Below, piece after piece: positions 49,081 to 58,497 of a stretch of DNA of 64,000 bases. Where the stretch lies: the NCBI GenBank assembly GCA_013336525.1, contig JAAXTM010000008.1:37459-101458 (forward strand), read 5' to 3'. The DNA comes from Geobacteraceae bacterium. Lineage in GTDB: Bacteria; Desulfobacterota; Desulfuromonadia; Geobacterales; Pseudopelobacteraceae. Below the pieces are notes generated by a model. The model saw only the letters and a program-made list of their open reading frames with translations. It made no database searches and was not told the DNA's origin. Every line of letters begins with the position of its first letter. The stretch's first letter is position 1. The position numbers and the translations under genes were made by a program.

Positions 49081-50460
49081 TTATATCGGGCGTACGCGGC
49101 TCCTGCCCAGCCGTTTCATTAACCGCCAAAGCGGTCCCTTGACCGGAAACATACGCAGAGCATCCAGCATGGCAGAGCTGACATTGACCTCAAGGCTCGG
49201 CACAATCCAGGTGCGCCGCTTGAGCGCCTGTTCTGTAACCAGATCGCAGAGCCCATCCCTGATTGCCGGCGAGATGTAGAATACCGGTTCCAACAGGCAA
49301 TCTCCCTTGGCAATAATGCCGTCCCTCAGGGCGATCTGCTCCATGGCGGTGCCTGGGTAGATCCGAATCCCGGTCATCGTGATGACTGCGGTCGGTTCAA
49401 CCTCATCCATCAGAGTGAACGTTTCCAGCACGGTTTCCCGCGTTTCACCCGGGCCGCCGAAAAGGATGTAATGGGCAAAGTCCATCCCCATTTCATGGCA
49501 GAGGCGTGATGATTCACGAATAGAGTCAACGGTGAAAGACTTGCCGAGATTTTTTAGCATTTGTGGCGAGCCGGAGTCACTGCCGTATTCAACCGCGTCA
49601 CACCCAGCCTCCTGCATAGCTTGCAGCAGTCGAGGCGTGATGAAGTCAGGGTTGATGAAGGCCGACCAGTTGACCGGCAGCCGCTCAGCAGAAATTGCCC
49701 GGCAGAGCTCTTCGGCAAAATCCGTGGGGTAGTTGAAGATGTCATCGACGAAATAGAGGTAGCTGACACCATAATCGTCCACAAGGGTGCGAATCTCGGC
49801 GATTATCTCAGCAATCGGGCGCAGGCGCATACAGCGCCCCTCCAGCAGCGGATAGGTGCAGTAGATGCACCCGAATGGGCAGCCACGCTTGGTCTGAAGA
49901 TTGGCCATCCCCCCTTCCCGGTAATAGCGGGCAACATCAAAGAGAGTACGATCAGGAGAGCCGATGGCTTCGACCGGCAGCGGCGGGATGAAATCTTCTC
50001 TTCCCGGCAGAACTACACCGGGGATCAGGGCCGCATCACCGCCCGACTCCAAACACTCGAACAGGCGCGGCAGTACTGCTTCCCCTTCCGCTGCCACGCC
50101 GTAATGAGCGCCTACAGCAGCCAAAATTTTCACCGGCATCAGCGAAAAACCGGAGCCGCCGATTATAGTCACGGCTTTGGGATGGCATATGGCAACGATA
50201 TCGCGCACACCATCAATATAGCTGCGGCTTCCCGGCCAGGTAACGTTATCAAGGTTGCGGAGGGAGATGACAACTGCATCGGGTTGATGCTCCGTAAGTG
50301 CCGAGGAGACAGCCAGTTGGGGGTCGGTTTCGAAACAGAGGTCGAGAGCGTTCAAAAGGTGCCCTGCCGCCGTCAGCGGTCCGGCCAGAAAGGCCAGTCC
50401 GATCGGGAAGACAGGGTATGGATCGCGCTCACGGTTGGCGGAGATCAGCAGAATCTTCAT
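49081..50460 (-). CDS. B12-binding-domain radical SAM protein (class B), copy 1
   Basis: 459 aa with an N-terminal Rossmann-like B12-binding region (MKILLISAN...) and the cluster motif CPFGCIYC. From memory it resembles the family NCBI labels 'lipid biosynthesis B12-binding/radical SAM protein'. Confidence 0.85.
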   Translation of the reverse strand: MKILLISANRERDPYPVFPIGLAFLAGPLTAAGHLLNALDLCFETDPQLAVSSALTEHQPDAVVISLRNLDNVTWPGSRSYIDGVRDIVAICHPKAVTIIGGSGFSLMPVKILAAVGAHYGVAAEGEAVLPRLFECLESGGDAALIPGVVLPGREDFIPPLPVEAIGSPDRTLFDVARYYREGGMANLQTKRGCPFGCIYCTYPLLEGRCMRLRPIAEIIAEIRTLVDDYGVSYLYFVDDIFNYPTDFAEELCRAISAERLPVNWSAFINPDFITPRLLQAMQEAGCDAVEYGSDSGSPQMLKNLGKSFTVDSIRESSRLCHEMGMDFAHYILFGGPGETRETVLETFTLMDEVEPTAVITMTGIRIYPGTAMEQIALRDGIIAKGDCLLEPVFYISPAIRDGLCDLVTEQALKRRTWIVPSLEVNVSSAMLDALRMFPVKGPLWRLMKRLGRSRVRPI

Positions 50461-50879
50461 GGCAGCTCCAACGCAGCTAATAAACGGTTTACCCGCTCAG
50501 CGATCAGGGGGGGGAGTTGAAACTGAAGTACGCCATCCAGATCGGTCAATGCGTGGGTTGTCGAACCGGTGGCATACTTTTTACCGTCAGAGCCGACTAT
50601 GGTGGTGATAAATTCGAGAGTGGCTGTCTCGGTCCGGCGCAGGGTTGTCCGGATCGTCAGCTCTTCGTTAAAACGGGCCGGCCGCAGAAACTTCAGTTCA
50701 AGAGCTACCACCGGTCCCAGATATCCGACTGTCGCCAACTGGAAAGCATCCAGGTCGAACTCCCCGGCCAGGGCGTTGCGGCCGATCTCCATCCAGGCCA
50801 CGTAATGGCCGTGCCAGGCGACACGGTAGGCATCAATTTCGTTGAAGCGGACTGCTATTTTCGTTTCGTGGAATTTCAT
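50457..50879 (-). CDS. 4HBT/YbgC-type acyl thioesterase (hotdog)
   Basis: 140 aa; VRFNEIDAYRVAWHGHYVAWMEIGR carries the catalytic Asp context of 4HBT thioesterases. Confidence 0.8.
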   Translation of the reverse strand: MKFHETKIAVRFNEIDAYRVAWHGHYVAWMEIGRNALAGEFDLDAFQLATVGYLGPVVALELKFLRPARFNEELTIRTTLRRTETATLEFITTIVGSDGKKYATGSTTHALTDLDGVLQFQLPPLIAERVNRLLAALELP

Positions 50880-51712
50880 ATCTCACTATCTATCCAGCGA
50901 TTGAATTTTGAGAGCGCCTTACCGGCACCCACCTCCTGAAACTGTGTCACCCCCCGCGAGCGGAGGGTGCGGTAGGTGGTATCCCAATAAACCGGTCGAC
51001 AGAGTTCATCAACCAGAAACGCAGGGATAGTCGCAGCTGTCAGGACCGTCTGGCCGATATGTTCTACCAGAGGGATTAGAGGCTCGCAAAAGCTGTACCC
51101 GGCCACGATCTGCTCTATTCCCTCGGTTATCTCTGCAATCAGCGGCGTGTGAAGCGGGGCGTCACAGGGGAAGCCCGCAGCCGAAAAGGCACCTGATGCC
51201 TTGGCTTCAGCCAGAGCCGCATCTATATTTTTTCGTTCGCCGGCCAGTAGAAAATGGTGAGAAGTATTATAGTTGGCGATGTGAACTGTGTTATTGGCAG
51301 CTATCTCTTCCAGTGGAGAGCAGCTCATTCCGATGACACACCCCAGCGCATATTCACGCTGCATCCCCCTCTTCGCCATAGCCACGCCGATCCGGTACGT
51401 CAGTTCAAGGGCCGTCGCACTGTCTATCGAGCCGGATGCAGCCAGTGCAGGATAGATCCCCATGCTGTGCTCGGCAATCAGGTCCGGTACCTTTCCCTCT
51501 ATTGTCAGCTGGCTGGAACGATGCAGGCTTATACAGGTGCCTAGCAGCTGAAGCCGCACACTCTGGCTTATATCTGAATCCGATATGTCGTTTTCAAGTG
51601 GATTACAGCCGGTTGATTCCTGGCAGACCCGGATGATTTTCTGGAATTCGATATCATCTGATGGCACACCGGTAAAGGTTATCGGCTGGCCTGGAAACAT
51701 CCAGCAGATCAC
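50876..51712 (-). CDS. FabD-like acyltransferase (malonyl-CoA:ACP transacylase family)
   Basis: 278 aa. It has FPGQ at the N-terminus and nucleophile motif EHSMG (in place of GHSxG), with an Arg 24 residues downstream and APLHTPL (His) retained. Confidence 0.8.
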   Translation of the reverse strand: MICWMFPGQPITFTGVPSDDIEFQKIIRVCQESTGCNPLENDISDSDISQSVRLQLLGTCISLHRSSQLTIEGKVPDLIAEHSMGIYPALAASGSIDSATALELTYRIGVAMAKRGMQREYALGCVIGMSCSPLEEIAANNTVHIANYNTSHHFLLAGERKNIDAALAEAKASGAFSAAGFPCDAPLHTPLIAEITEGIEQIVAGYSFCEPLIPLVEHIGQTVLTAATIPAFLVDELCRPVYWDTTYRTLRSRGVTQFQEVGAGKALSKFNRWIDSEI

Positions 51713-52995
51713 GCTTCACTCCTCTTGCGCCTGATGGCGGCACGGAAACCGATGTTCATCGGTCCGAAGACCTGTACGGAACGGTGCAGTTTAAAGATAC
51801 GGCGATACATGGAAGGAAAAGAATAAAAGGAGCGGTTAAGCCAGTCGTACCCTTCCTGAAGCTGCTGAACTGTCATCCCTTTTGGCTGGAAGTTGATGTG
51901 CTCCATGTCATAGTCGCGCCAATTGCTGGAGATGATCCGGCCTTCCGCTTCGAGACGGCGGCGGACGGCGGTGCCGGGATATGGGGTCAACAGCGGGAAA
52001 ATGGCCGCTTCAAGACGTGCCTCTTCACAGAAACGGAGCAGTTTCGGGAAGATTTCAGGTGTGTCTCCGTCATAACCGAGTACAAAGGAGCCGAGGATGC
52101 CGATGCCGTTATCACGAAAGGCCCGGGCATCTGCCATGAATGACTGCGCCCGGTTGGTAACCTTCCCCATGGCGGCCAGTGATTCCTGATTAAGCGATTC
52201 GAAGCCGACGAACATCCCCAGGCAGCCGGACTCACCGGCGGCACGCATCAACTCGCGGTCACCCGCAAAATCTATCGGCGCGTGGGAGAGCCATTTGAAG
52301 CCCATCCCCTTCATCCCCTGGAAGAGCGGCAGAGAATACTTGCGGTCAGCCACGAGGTTGTCGTCTACAAAAAAGACGAATGAGTTGGATTTTCGTAACT
52401 CCTGCAACTCGGTCAACACCTGTTCTACCGGGCGTTTCCTGTAATTACGCCCATAAAAGGCGGTGACAGAGCAAAATTCACAGTCAAAGGGACAGCCGCG
52501 TGTGGTCTGGATGGTGTTGGAGAGCAGATACCCCTTTCCCTTGAAAATATCGCGGCGGGCAACCGGAATGTCGGCCATGCTGATCATCGATTCAGGCTTA
52601 TAGAAACGCTGAAGCCTCCCCTGTGAAAAATCGGCGAGCAGTCCCGGCCAGACGACCTCTCCCTCTCCCACCACTACCGCATCAACGTGATTGAGCGCTT
52701 CATCCGGCAGATTGCTGGCGTGAAAGCCGCCCATGACCACGGTTTTACCACGGTTTTTGAAGCCGGCAGCAATCTCATAGGCACGGGGTGCCTGCGGAGT
52801 CATGGCGGTCAGGGCTATCAGGTCGGCATCCGTGTCGTAGTCGATCCGTTCTGAATGGTCGTCGCAGAGTGCTACGTCCCATTCCATGGGGGTGACAGCG
52901 GCAATAGCAGCCAGTGAAAGCGAAGGGAACCTGAAGGCCAGTTCCCCCCATAATCTCCCCTTGGGCCAACCGGGGGAGATCAGCAGTACTTTCAT
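51709..52995 (-). CDS. B12-binding-domain radical SAM protein (class B), copy 2
   Basis: 428 aa; N-terminal MKVLLISPG... Rossmann-like domain and cluster motif CPFDCEFC. Confidence 0.85.
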   Translation of the reverse strand: MKVLLISPGWPKGRLWGELAFRFPSLSLAAIAAVTPMEWDVALCDDHSERIDYDTDADLIALTAMTPQAPRAYEIAAGFKNRGKTVVMGGFHASNLPDEALNHVDAVVVGEGEVVWPGLLADFSQGRLQRFYKPESMISMADIPVARRDIFKGKGYLLSNTIQTTRGCPFDCEFCSVTAFYGRNYRKRPVEQVLTELQELRKSNSFVFFVDDNLVADRKYSLPLFQGMKGMGFKWLSHAPIDFAGDRELMRAAGESGCLGMFVGFESLNQESLAAMGKVTNRAQSFMADARAFRDNGIGILGSFVLGYDGDTPEIFPKLLRFCEEARLEAAIFPLLTPYPGTAVRRRLEAEGRIISSNWRDYDMEHINFQPKGMTVQQLQEGYDWLNRSFYSFPSMYRRIFKLHRSVQVFGPMNIGFRAAIRRKRSEA

Positions 52996-53249
52996 TTGCG
53001 GTTTTCCGCAATATATGCGGCCATGCTGCGGACCGAGGCAAAGACTGTGCTGCCGGTGGCAGCGTCGGGAACAACTACGCCGAATTCCTTCTCCATAGCC
53101 ACCACCAGCTGCAGTGCATCAATGGAGTCCAGCCCCAATCCTTCGCCGAACAGCTGGGCATCGGTATCGATTTCGTCAGGAGACATCCCCTCGATGCGGA
53201 GACTGTCAATAATCATCTGTTTCACTTTTGGTATTAACTCGTCACTCAT
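52992..53249 (-). CDS. acyl carrier protein
   Basis: 85 aa; the phosphopantetheine site is LGLDSIDALQL. Confidence 0.9.
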   Translation of the reverse strand: MSDELIPKVKQMIIDSLRIEGMSPDEIDTDAQLFGEGLGLDSIDALQLVVAMEKEFGVVVPDAATGSTVFASVRSMAAYIAENRK

Positions 53250-53293
53250 TCATAGTCCCTTTTATCTTTCCTGTTATTCTTTAACTGCATTTT

Positions 53294-54214
53294 TTATTGT
53301 GGCCTTGCTTTTTCAGACTCGTTGCTTTTTTCAAAAAAATCATAAAAATTGTACCACTGGTCCGGATATTGCCGGATATAGCGTTCGAAAACGGCTGCCA
53401 GGCGCTGCATGCCGCTCCGTATGGCCTCTTTGTGCTGGCCATGTCCGCCGCTGAAGTAGATAGCTTCATCCATAAGCGTCGAATATTTCCCGTTTTCCAG
53501 CGGAACAAAGACCGGAATAACCGGCGCTCCACTGGCAAGAGCCAGATAACCGGGGCCAACCGGTATCTCCGTTTGATGTCCGAAAAAATCCAGTCTTATT
53601 GTGTGGGAAGATCCGTCGCGCTCGCCCAAGAGGGCCAGTACCTCGTTCCGCCGCAGGGCGTTGACCGCTTCGATGATCGCCAGTGGTGACGTGTCGTTAC
53701 GATCCACATAGATAAAATTAACGCCGCGCTCACCCCTTACTGATTCGCGCATTTCGTTTACCTTTTCATCCGGCTCGCGAAAGGTCATTACGTTAACGGT
53801 ATACCCAAGATCGGCCAAACCCAATCCACCCAGTTCCCAATTGCCAAGATGGGGCGAGACCAGGATAGCACCGGTACCAGCCGCCAATGCCATCTCCAGC
53901 GGTTCTCCACTGCTGCGTTTACCGATCATGGCCTGGAGCTTTTCCCCCTTTAGTCGCATCATCAGCATTACATCGCACCAGTTTTGCCCGAATGTACGGA
54001 AGGTGGAAAAGACTAGCGCTTCGACATCGTCACTGCCGGTTACAATTCTCAGGTTCGAGCGCACGGCACGTCGTTTGTCTCCCAGCAGCAGGTAGAAAAG
54101 CCCGCCCCAGAAAAGTGTGAACGGTGGAAACAGCCAGCGTGGCACCAGAATGGTAAAAAGATTTATAAAGAACAGATTGATGTTGCTGTAGAGATTCAAA
54201 AAAACAGCTCCCAT
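53294..54214 (-). CDS. LpxL/HtrB-family (lysophospholipid/lipid A type) acyltransferase
   Basis: 306 aa with an N-terminal TM. SPHLGNWELGG is the H(x4)E/D acyltransferase motif of the LpxL/HtrB family. Confidence 0.8.
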   Translation of the reverse strand: MGAVFLNLYSNINLFFINLFTILVPRWLFPPFTLFWGGLFYLLLGDKRRAVRSNLRIVTGSDDVEALVFSTFRTFGQNWCDVMLMMRLKGEKLQAMIGKRSSGEPLEMALAAGTGAILVSPHLGNWELGGLGLADLGYTVNVMTFREPDEKVNEMRESVRGERGVNFIYVDRNDTSPLAIIEAVNALRRNEVLALLGERDGSSHTIRLDFFGHQTEIPVGPGYLALASGAPVIPVFVPLENGKYSTLMDEAIYFSGGHGQHKEAIRSGMQRLAAVFERYIRQYPDQWYNFYDFFEKSNESEKARPQ

Positions 54215-55551
54215 GCACAGAGTGCCAGCTTCCTGAAGGAGAGATTCCCTCTGCCTGCGGCCTGCTTGAAACCTTGGGTCGCTTCCTGTGAACGACGGTA
54301 GAATTTTACAAAAGCCTTGATAAGCAAAAATTGCAGATAATGACGATTTATCAACGGGTGCCGGAAGACGATGTGCAGGCCGTCATAAAACTTCCAGCGC
54401 CGGCAGAAGATGCGGTCCTTGATCTGCTCATAGAGCCTGGTGCCGGGATAGGGGGTCAGGATGGAAAACTGGGCAATGTTGGTATTGAGCCTGACCGCAA
54501 GGTCAATAGTCTTTTCTACGTCAGCGGCGCTCTCATTCAGGTTGCCGATGATGTAGCTGCCGTATGATTCGACTCCGTTTTCCCTCAAAATCTCCACCGC
54601 ACGGGTAACATCGCTTGCCTTGATGTTCTTGCCGAGCGAGTTCAGTGTTTCCTCATTGCCGCTTTCAATGCCGAGGTAGACTGTTGTGGAACCTGCGGCA
54701 GCCATTTTGGCTACCATGGCCGGATTTTTTACGATGGTGTCGACCCGTGAGAGGTTCCACCATTTCAGATCATAGCCGCGCTCGATGATCCCGTCGGCAA
54801 TCTGCTCGACGCGCGGCGGCGCAAGGGTGAAATTGTCATCCATGAAGCAGATGGCCCGGAACCCATAACGGTTATAAACTTCATCGATCTCAGCCAGCAC
54901 CGATTCGGCGCTACGGTAGCGCCACCCTCTGCCGAAAAAACTCGAAGATGAACAGAAATGACAGGCGCCGGGGCAGCCGCGACTGGTAACAACCGGGGTT
55001 ATGGAACGGTCGGCCATGCTGGCCCGGTAGCGATGGAGATCTACCAGATGCCGGGCCGGAAAGGGGAGGGCTTCAACGTCAATCGGGTCGGCGGCGGGTG
55101 TCTCAATCAGGTGACGACCATCCTTGATGATCAATCCTTTTACCGCTTCAGCACTGTCACTGTTCTGGAGCGCGGTCAGGAGATTGCGAAATACAATCTC
55201 TCCCTCACCTTTGACGATATAATCAACACAACCTGCGGCAAATATATCCTCCGCCATGAATTGCGGATGGGGGCCCCCCATAACTACCGGCCTGCCGGTA
55301 ACAGCGACTCTGCGGGCTATGGCAAGCGCCTTGCCCGCTCTGGTTGTGTCTGCCGAAATCCCTACAACGTCGGCCCGGTGGATATCAGCATCATCCAGTC
55401 GCTCACCTTCGGCCGCCAGATCCTTTACAACCACGTCGTGACCGCCCTGTTCAAGGCTGGCGGCAACGTAGAGCAGGCCGATGGGGGGGAGGCTCAGGCC
55501 AAACGTATTAAATACGCTCAGGGATGGTGGATTTACCAGCAGTACCTTCAT
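54196..55551 (-). CDS. B12-binding-domain radical SAM protein (class B), copy 3
   Basis: 451 aa; MKVLLVNPP... Rossmann-like domain and cluster motif CPGACHFC. Confidence 0.85.
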   Translation of the reverse strand: MKVLLVNPPSLSVFNTFGLSLPPIGLLYVAASLEQGGHDVVVKDLAAEGERLDDADIHRADVVGISADTTRAGKALAIARRVAVTGRPVVMGGPHPQFMAEDIFAAGCVDYIVKGEGEIVFRNLLTALQNSDSAEAVKGLIIKDGRHLIETPAADPIDVEALPFPARHLVDLHRYRASMADRSITPVVTSRGCPGACHFCSSSSFFGRGWRYRSAESVLAEIDEVYNRYGFRAICFMDDNFTLAPPRVEQIADGIIERGYDLKWWNLSRVDTIVKNPAMVAKMAAAGSTTVYLGIESGNEETLNSLGKNIKASDVTRAVEILRENGVESYGSYIIGNLNESAADVEKTIDLAVRLNTNIAQFSILTPYPGTRLYEQIKDRIFCRRWKFYDGLHIVFRHPLINRHYLQFLLIKAFVKFYRRSQEATQGFKQAAGRGNLSFRKLALCAWELFF

Positions 55552-56928
55552 TTATTTGCTTCCGGTTTTCATGGTCTTTACCGGAGGCTCCTTGAACTCA
55601 TCTTCCCAGATCGGATCAGCGATCTCTGCATAGGAACGGGAGTAGTTATCCATCTGGTCCGCCAGGCCGGTGAAAATTTCATCTGCACCTTCATGGGTCG
55701 GATAGGCACCTTCAGAGGCGAAAAGTTCCCGACCGGCTGCCGGTTGATCAATCAGCATGCAGGGGCGCAACAGGTTGTCATGCTCACCCTGTTTCTGGCG
55801 GATTTTAGTGAAAAACGGAGATGAAAGCGCCTCGTGGATAGTTGAACGGCGGATATTATCAACGGCAAAATGACAGAAGACACACGGCTCGATGTCGCCG
55901 TTGGCATTGATATGGAAATATTTGCGCCCTCCGGCCAGGCAGCCGGAGATCATCGGCCCGTCATTCCAGAAGTCAATAAACAGCATCGGCTTTTCGGCGC
56001 GATAGTCGATAACGGTCCGACGCAGTTCATCTCGCTGTTCGGGGGTCGGCATCAGTTCAGGTTCAGGCTTGCGTCCAACCGGAACATAGGAAAATAGCCA
56101 CATGGCAAAGACGCCCTTCTTCAGCAGCATGTCGATGTAGTCGCCATTGGTGATGATGTCGGAATTTTTGCGGGAATGAGTGAATGAGCCGCAGAAGGAA
56201 AGTCCCCCCTCTTTCATCAGGTCCATGGCGTGCATAACCTTTTTAAAATGCCCGGCACCGCGGCGTTCGTCGGTTTCCTGCTCGTACCCCTCAAGCGAAA
56301 AGGAGGGCATGACATTGCCGACGTCAGTCAACTTTTCAACCATCTTTTCATCGATCAGACCACCATGGGTAAAGACCAGAAAAGCCATGTCGCTATGTTT
56401 TTTGAAGATTTCGAAAATGCCTTCCATATAAAACGGCTCACCGCCGGAGATAACTGCGAAATAAACACCCATCTCTTTCATCTGGGTCAGGATGGAATCG
56501 ACTTCATCCAGCGAAAGTTCCAGCGATTTGTCATAGTCGCCGGCATAGCAGCCGTAACAGCTGAGGTTGCAACGCATGGTAGGACTGATAACCACGGTTG
56601 AAGGTGGATAATAGCCGTACTTGTCACTCCACTCCTTGCGTTTGTTGGTACCGTTCAGCAGGTGATTGACGAGCAGATTGCTGATCCATTTGTCACGCTG
56701 ATTGGGGTGCAGATCGCGGAGAATCCTGCGGGGGAATTCAATGCTCGGATGTTTATCCCGCACCAGACCACGAATCCAGCGGATGCGATCCTTGTAATAG
56801 TCCTTCTTGGGAATCATCTCCATCAGATGGGTCATGCGGATCAGCGATTCATCTGATGAATTTGTCGCCAGCGACAGGAGATATGTAAGGATCTTTTCTT
56901 TTGTGTAATTTTTCAGAGTGTTGATCAT
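55552..56928 (-). CDS. radical SAM protein with C-terminal SPASM/twitch-like Cys region (no B12 domain)
   Basis: 458 aa with an ~110-aa N-terminal extension, cluster motif CNLSCYGC, and the later GCLAGGRKYFHINANGDIEPCVFCHF, typical of auxiliary-cluster domains. Confidence 0.8.
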   Translation of the reverse strand: MINTLKNYTKEKILTYLLSLATNSSDESLIRMTHLMEMIPKKDYYKDRIRWIRGLVRDKHPSIEFPRRILRDLHPNQRDKWISNLLVNHLLNGTNKRKEWSDKYGYYPPSTVVISPTMRCNLSCYGCYAGDYDKSLELSLDEVDSILTQMKEMGVYFAVISGGEPFYMEGIFEIFKKHSDMAFLVFTHGGLIDEKMVEKLTDVGNVMPSFSLEGYEQETDERRGAGHFKKVMHAMDLMKEGGLSFCGSFTHSRKNSDIITNGDYIDMLLKKGVFAMWLFSYVPVGRKPEPELMPTPEQRDELRRTVIDYRAEKPMLFIDFWNDGPMISGCLAGGRKYFHINANGDIEPCVFCHFAVDNIRRSTIHEALSSPFFTKIRQKQGEHDNLLRPCMLIDQPAAGRELFASEGAYPTHEGADEIFTGLADQMDNYSRSYAEIADPIWEDEFKEPPVKTMKTGSK

Positions 56929-56943
56929 TCGACATATGCCTCG

Positions 56944-57606
56944 TTACATGTAGCGTAAAAATGTCATGCTTATATTGACTGTATCTTTGACCGGGCGATA
57001 ATGGCTGGTTGCGCGGCCATCGGCAACCCGTGCTGCAATCGGAAGGGAGCCAACCGTGAAACCTCTCTTCCATGCCTTCAATAAAATTTCCATCTCCAGT
57101 GCGTATCCATTTGACTTCAATGACACATCCTTCAATACGTTACGAGAATAAAACCTGAAACCGGACTGACTGTCCGTAATCTCAAAACCTGTACGTTTCC
57201 AGATACACCAGACACCGATACGGTTCCATAATTTACGGAGACCGGACATCAGTTCGAACTGGGCGTGACGGGACGCTATCAGAATGCCCCAGCCGCCGTT
57301 CTGTGCAGAAGAGACCAGCTGCGGGATAGCTGAAACATCATGCTGGCCGTCGGCATCAATTGTTACTACCGCGTCGAAAGCGGATTCAATCGCCCAGGCA
57401 AAACCGGTTTTCAGCGCAGCTCCCTTGCCAAGATTTTGCCGGTGGCGGAGCAGTGTCACCGGTAATCCGGCTAATAAATCGGACAGGTCAGTTGCCGAGC
57501 CATCATCAACCACCACCACCGGCATGCCATGCTCCAGGCACTCTTGAACCACCGGCAGAATTGTGATGTCGGCGTTATATGCAGGAATCAGGATACAGGT
57601 TGCCAC
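56944..57606 (-). CDS. family 2 glycosyltransferase (short, polyprenyl-phosphate/lipid type)
   Basis: 220 aa; ILIPAYNA...VVVVDDGSATD...TIDADGQHD gives the GT-A DxD. Confidence 0.85.
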   Translation of the reverse strand: MATCILIPAYNADITILPVVQECLEHGMPVVVVDDGSATDLSDLLAGLPVTLLRHRQNLGKGAALKTGFAWAIESAFDAVVTIDADGQHDVSAIPQLVSSAQNGGWGILIASRHAQFELMSGLRKLWNRIGVWCIWKRTGFEITDSQSGFRFYSRNVLKDVSLKSNGYALEMEILLKAWKRGFTVGSLPIAARVADGRATSHYRPVKDTVNISMTFLRYM

Positions 57607-58427
57607 TCGTACACCAGCTCCTTTAGAGTTTTAAATCGATAACGCCGGCACAGTTCATTCAAACGGGGAGTCGCGTCCATTCTGGTTCCATAAGATACAA
57701 ACCGTTTCAAAAGCGGCAGGTCAAGCCTTGGTCCTTCAGGGTCCACCTCGCGCGGGTGAAGATACAGTACCGCCGGGTGATGTTTGCGGTTAAGCGATTC
57801 AATTGTCGCAAGTATGGTCCTGAAAGGGAAAAGCCTGAATCCCCATCCACCACCGGTTGGCAGGTTTCCTGTCAAAGACTTTGTCACCATCGGCGGGATT
57901 TCCCACAGCCCTGTTCCTTCGCCCTCAAGGCGGTATGGGACGCGGCTGCCGTTGGAATCACCTATAAAGGGGAGCGGATTTAGGCTCGAATCATATAGAT
58001 ACCCACGTTCTCGCAGGATAGCAAAGGGCCACCCGGTTTGCTCTGATAAAGACCATTGCGGAGCCCTGTAACCGACAGGGCGCTGTCCGGTCTGCTCCAT
58101 CAGTATCCGCTCGGTGAGTTGCAGCTCGTCACTAAACTGTTGCGGCGTCAGGTCCGGCACCAGACTGTGTGAATAACCGTGTGAGGCTATTTCATGCCCC
58201 GCTGAGCAGATCATGGTTGCTAAATCAGGATCATTTTCGGCCACGGAACCGAGTATGAAAAAAGTGCCTTTTTGACCATGTTCGTCAAGTAAAACAAGGA
58301 TCCTCTTCAGGTTGCTGCGAACCCGCCATGCCTCGCGTGGTGGAACAGGAATAACCCTCCCGGAGCCACAGACATGGTACCAATCCTCGACATCTATTGT
58401 TATAGCATTGTACGTCAGTAAAGGCAC
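57588..58427 (-). CDS. polysaccharide deacetylase family protein (NodB-like, DUF3473-type)
   Basis: 279 aa; ITIDVEDWYHV...GHEIASHGYSH are metal-binding motifs of CE4 deacetylases. It overlaps the GT2 gene by 19 nt. Confidence 0.8.
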   Translation of the reverse strand: MPLLTYNAITIDVEDWYHVCGSGRVIPVPPREAWRVRSNLKRILVLLDEHGQKGTFFILGSVAENDPDLATMICSAGHEIASHGYSHSLVPDLTPQQFSDELQLTERILMEQTGQRPVGYRAPQWSLSEQTGWPFAILRERGYLYDSSLNPLPFIGDSNGSRVPYRLEGEGTGLWEIPPMVTKSLTGNLPTGGGWGFRLFPFRTILATIESLNRKHHPAVLYLHPREVDPEGPRLDLPLLKRFVSYGTRMDATPRLNELCRRYRFKTLKELVYEWQPVS

Positions 58428-58497
58428 TCCGATACGCGTCGATAAAAGTTATAATAATTACATTACAAGTGATATCAAGTCAATATACCTGTCCCTG

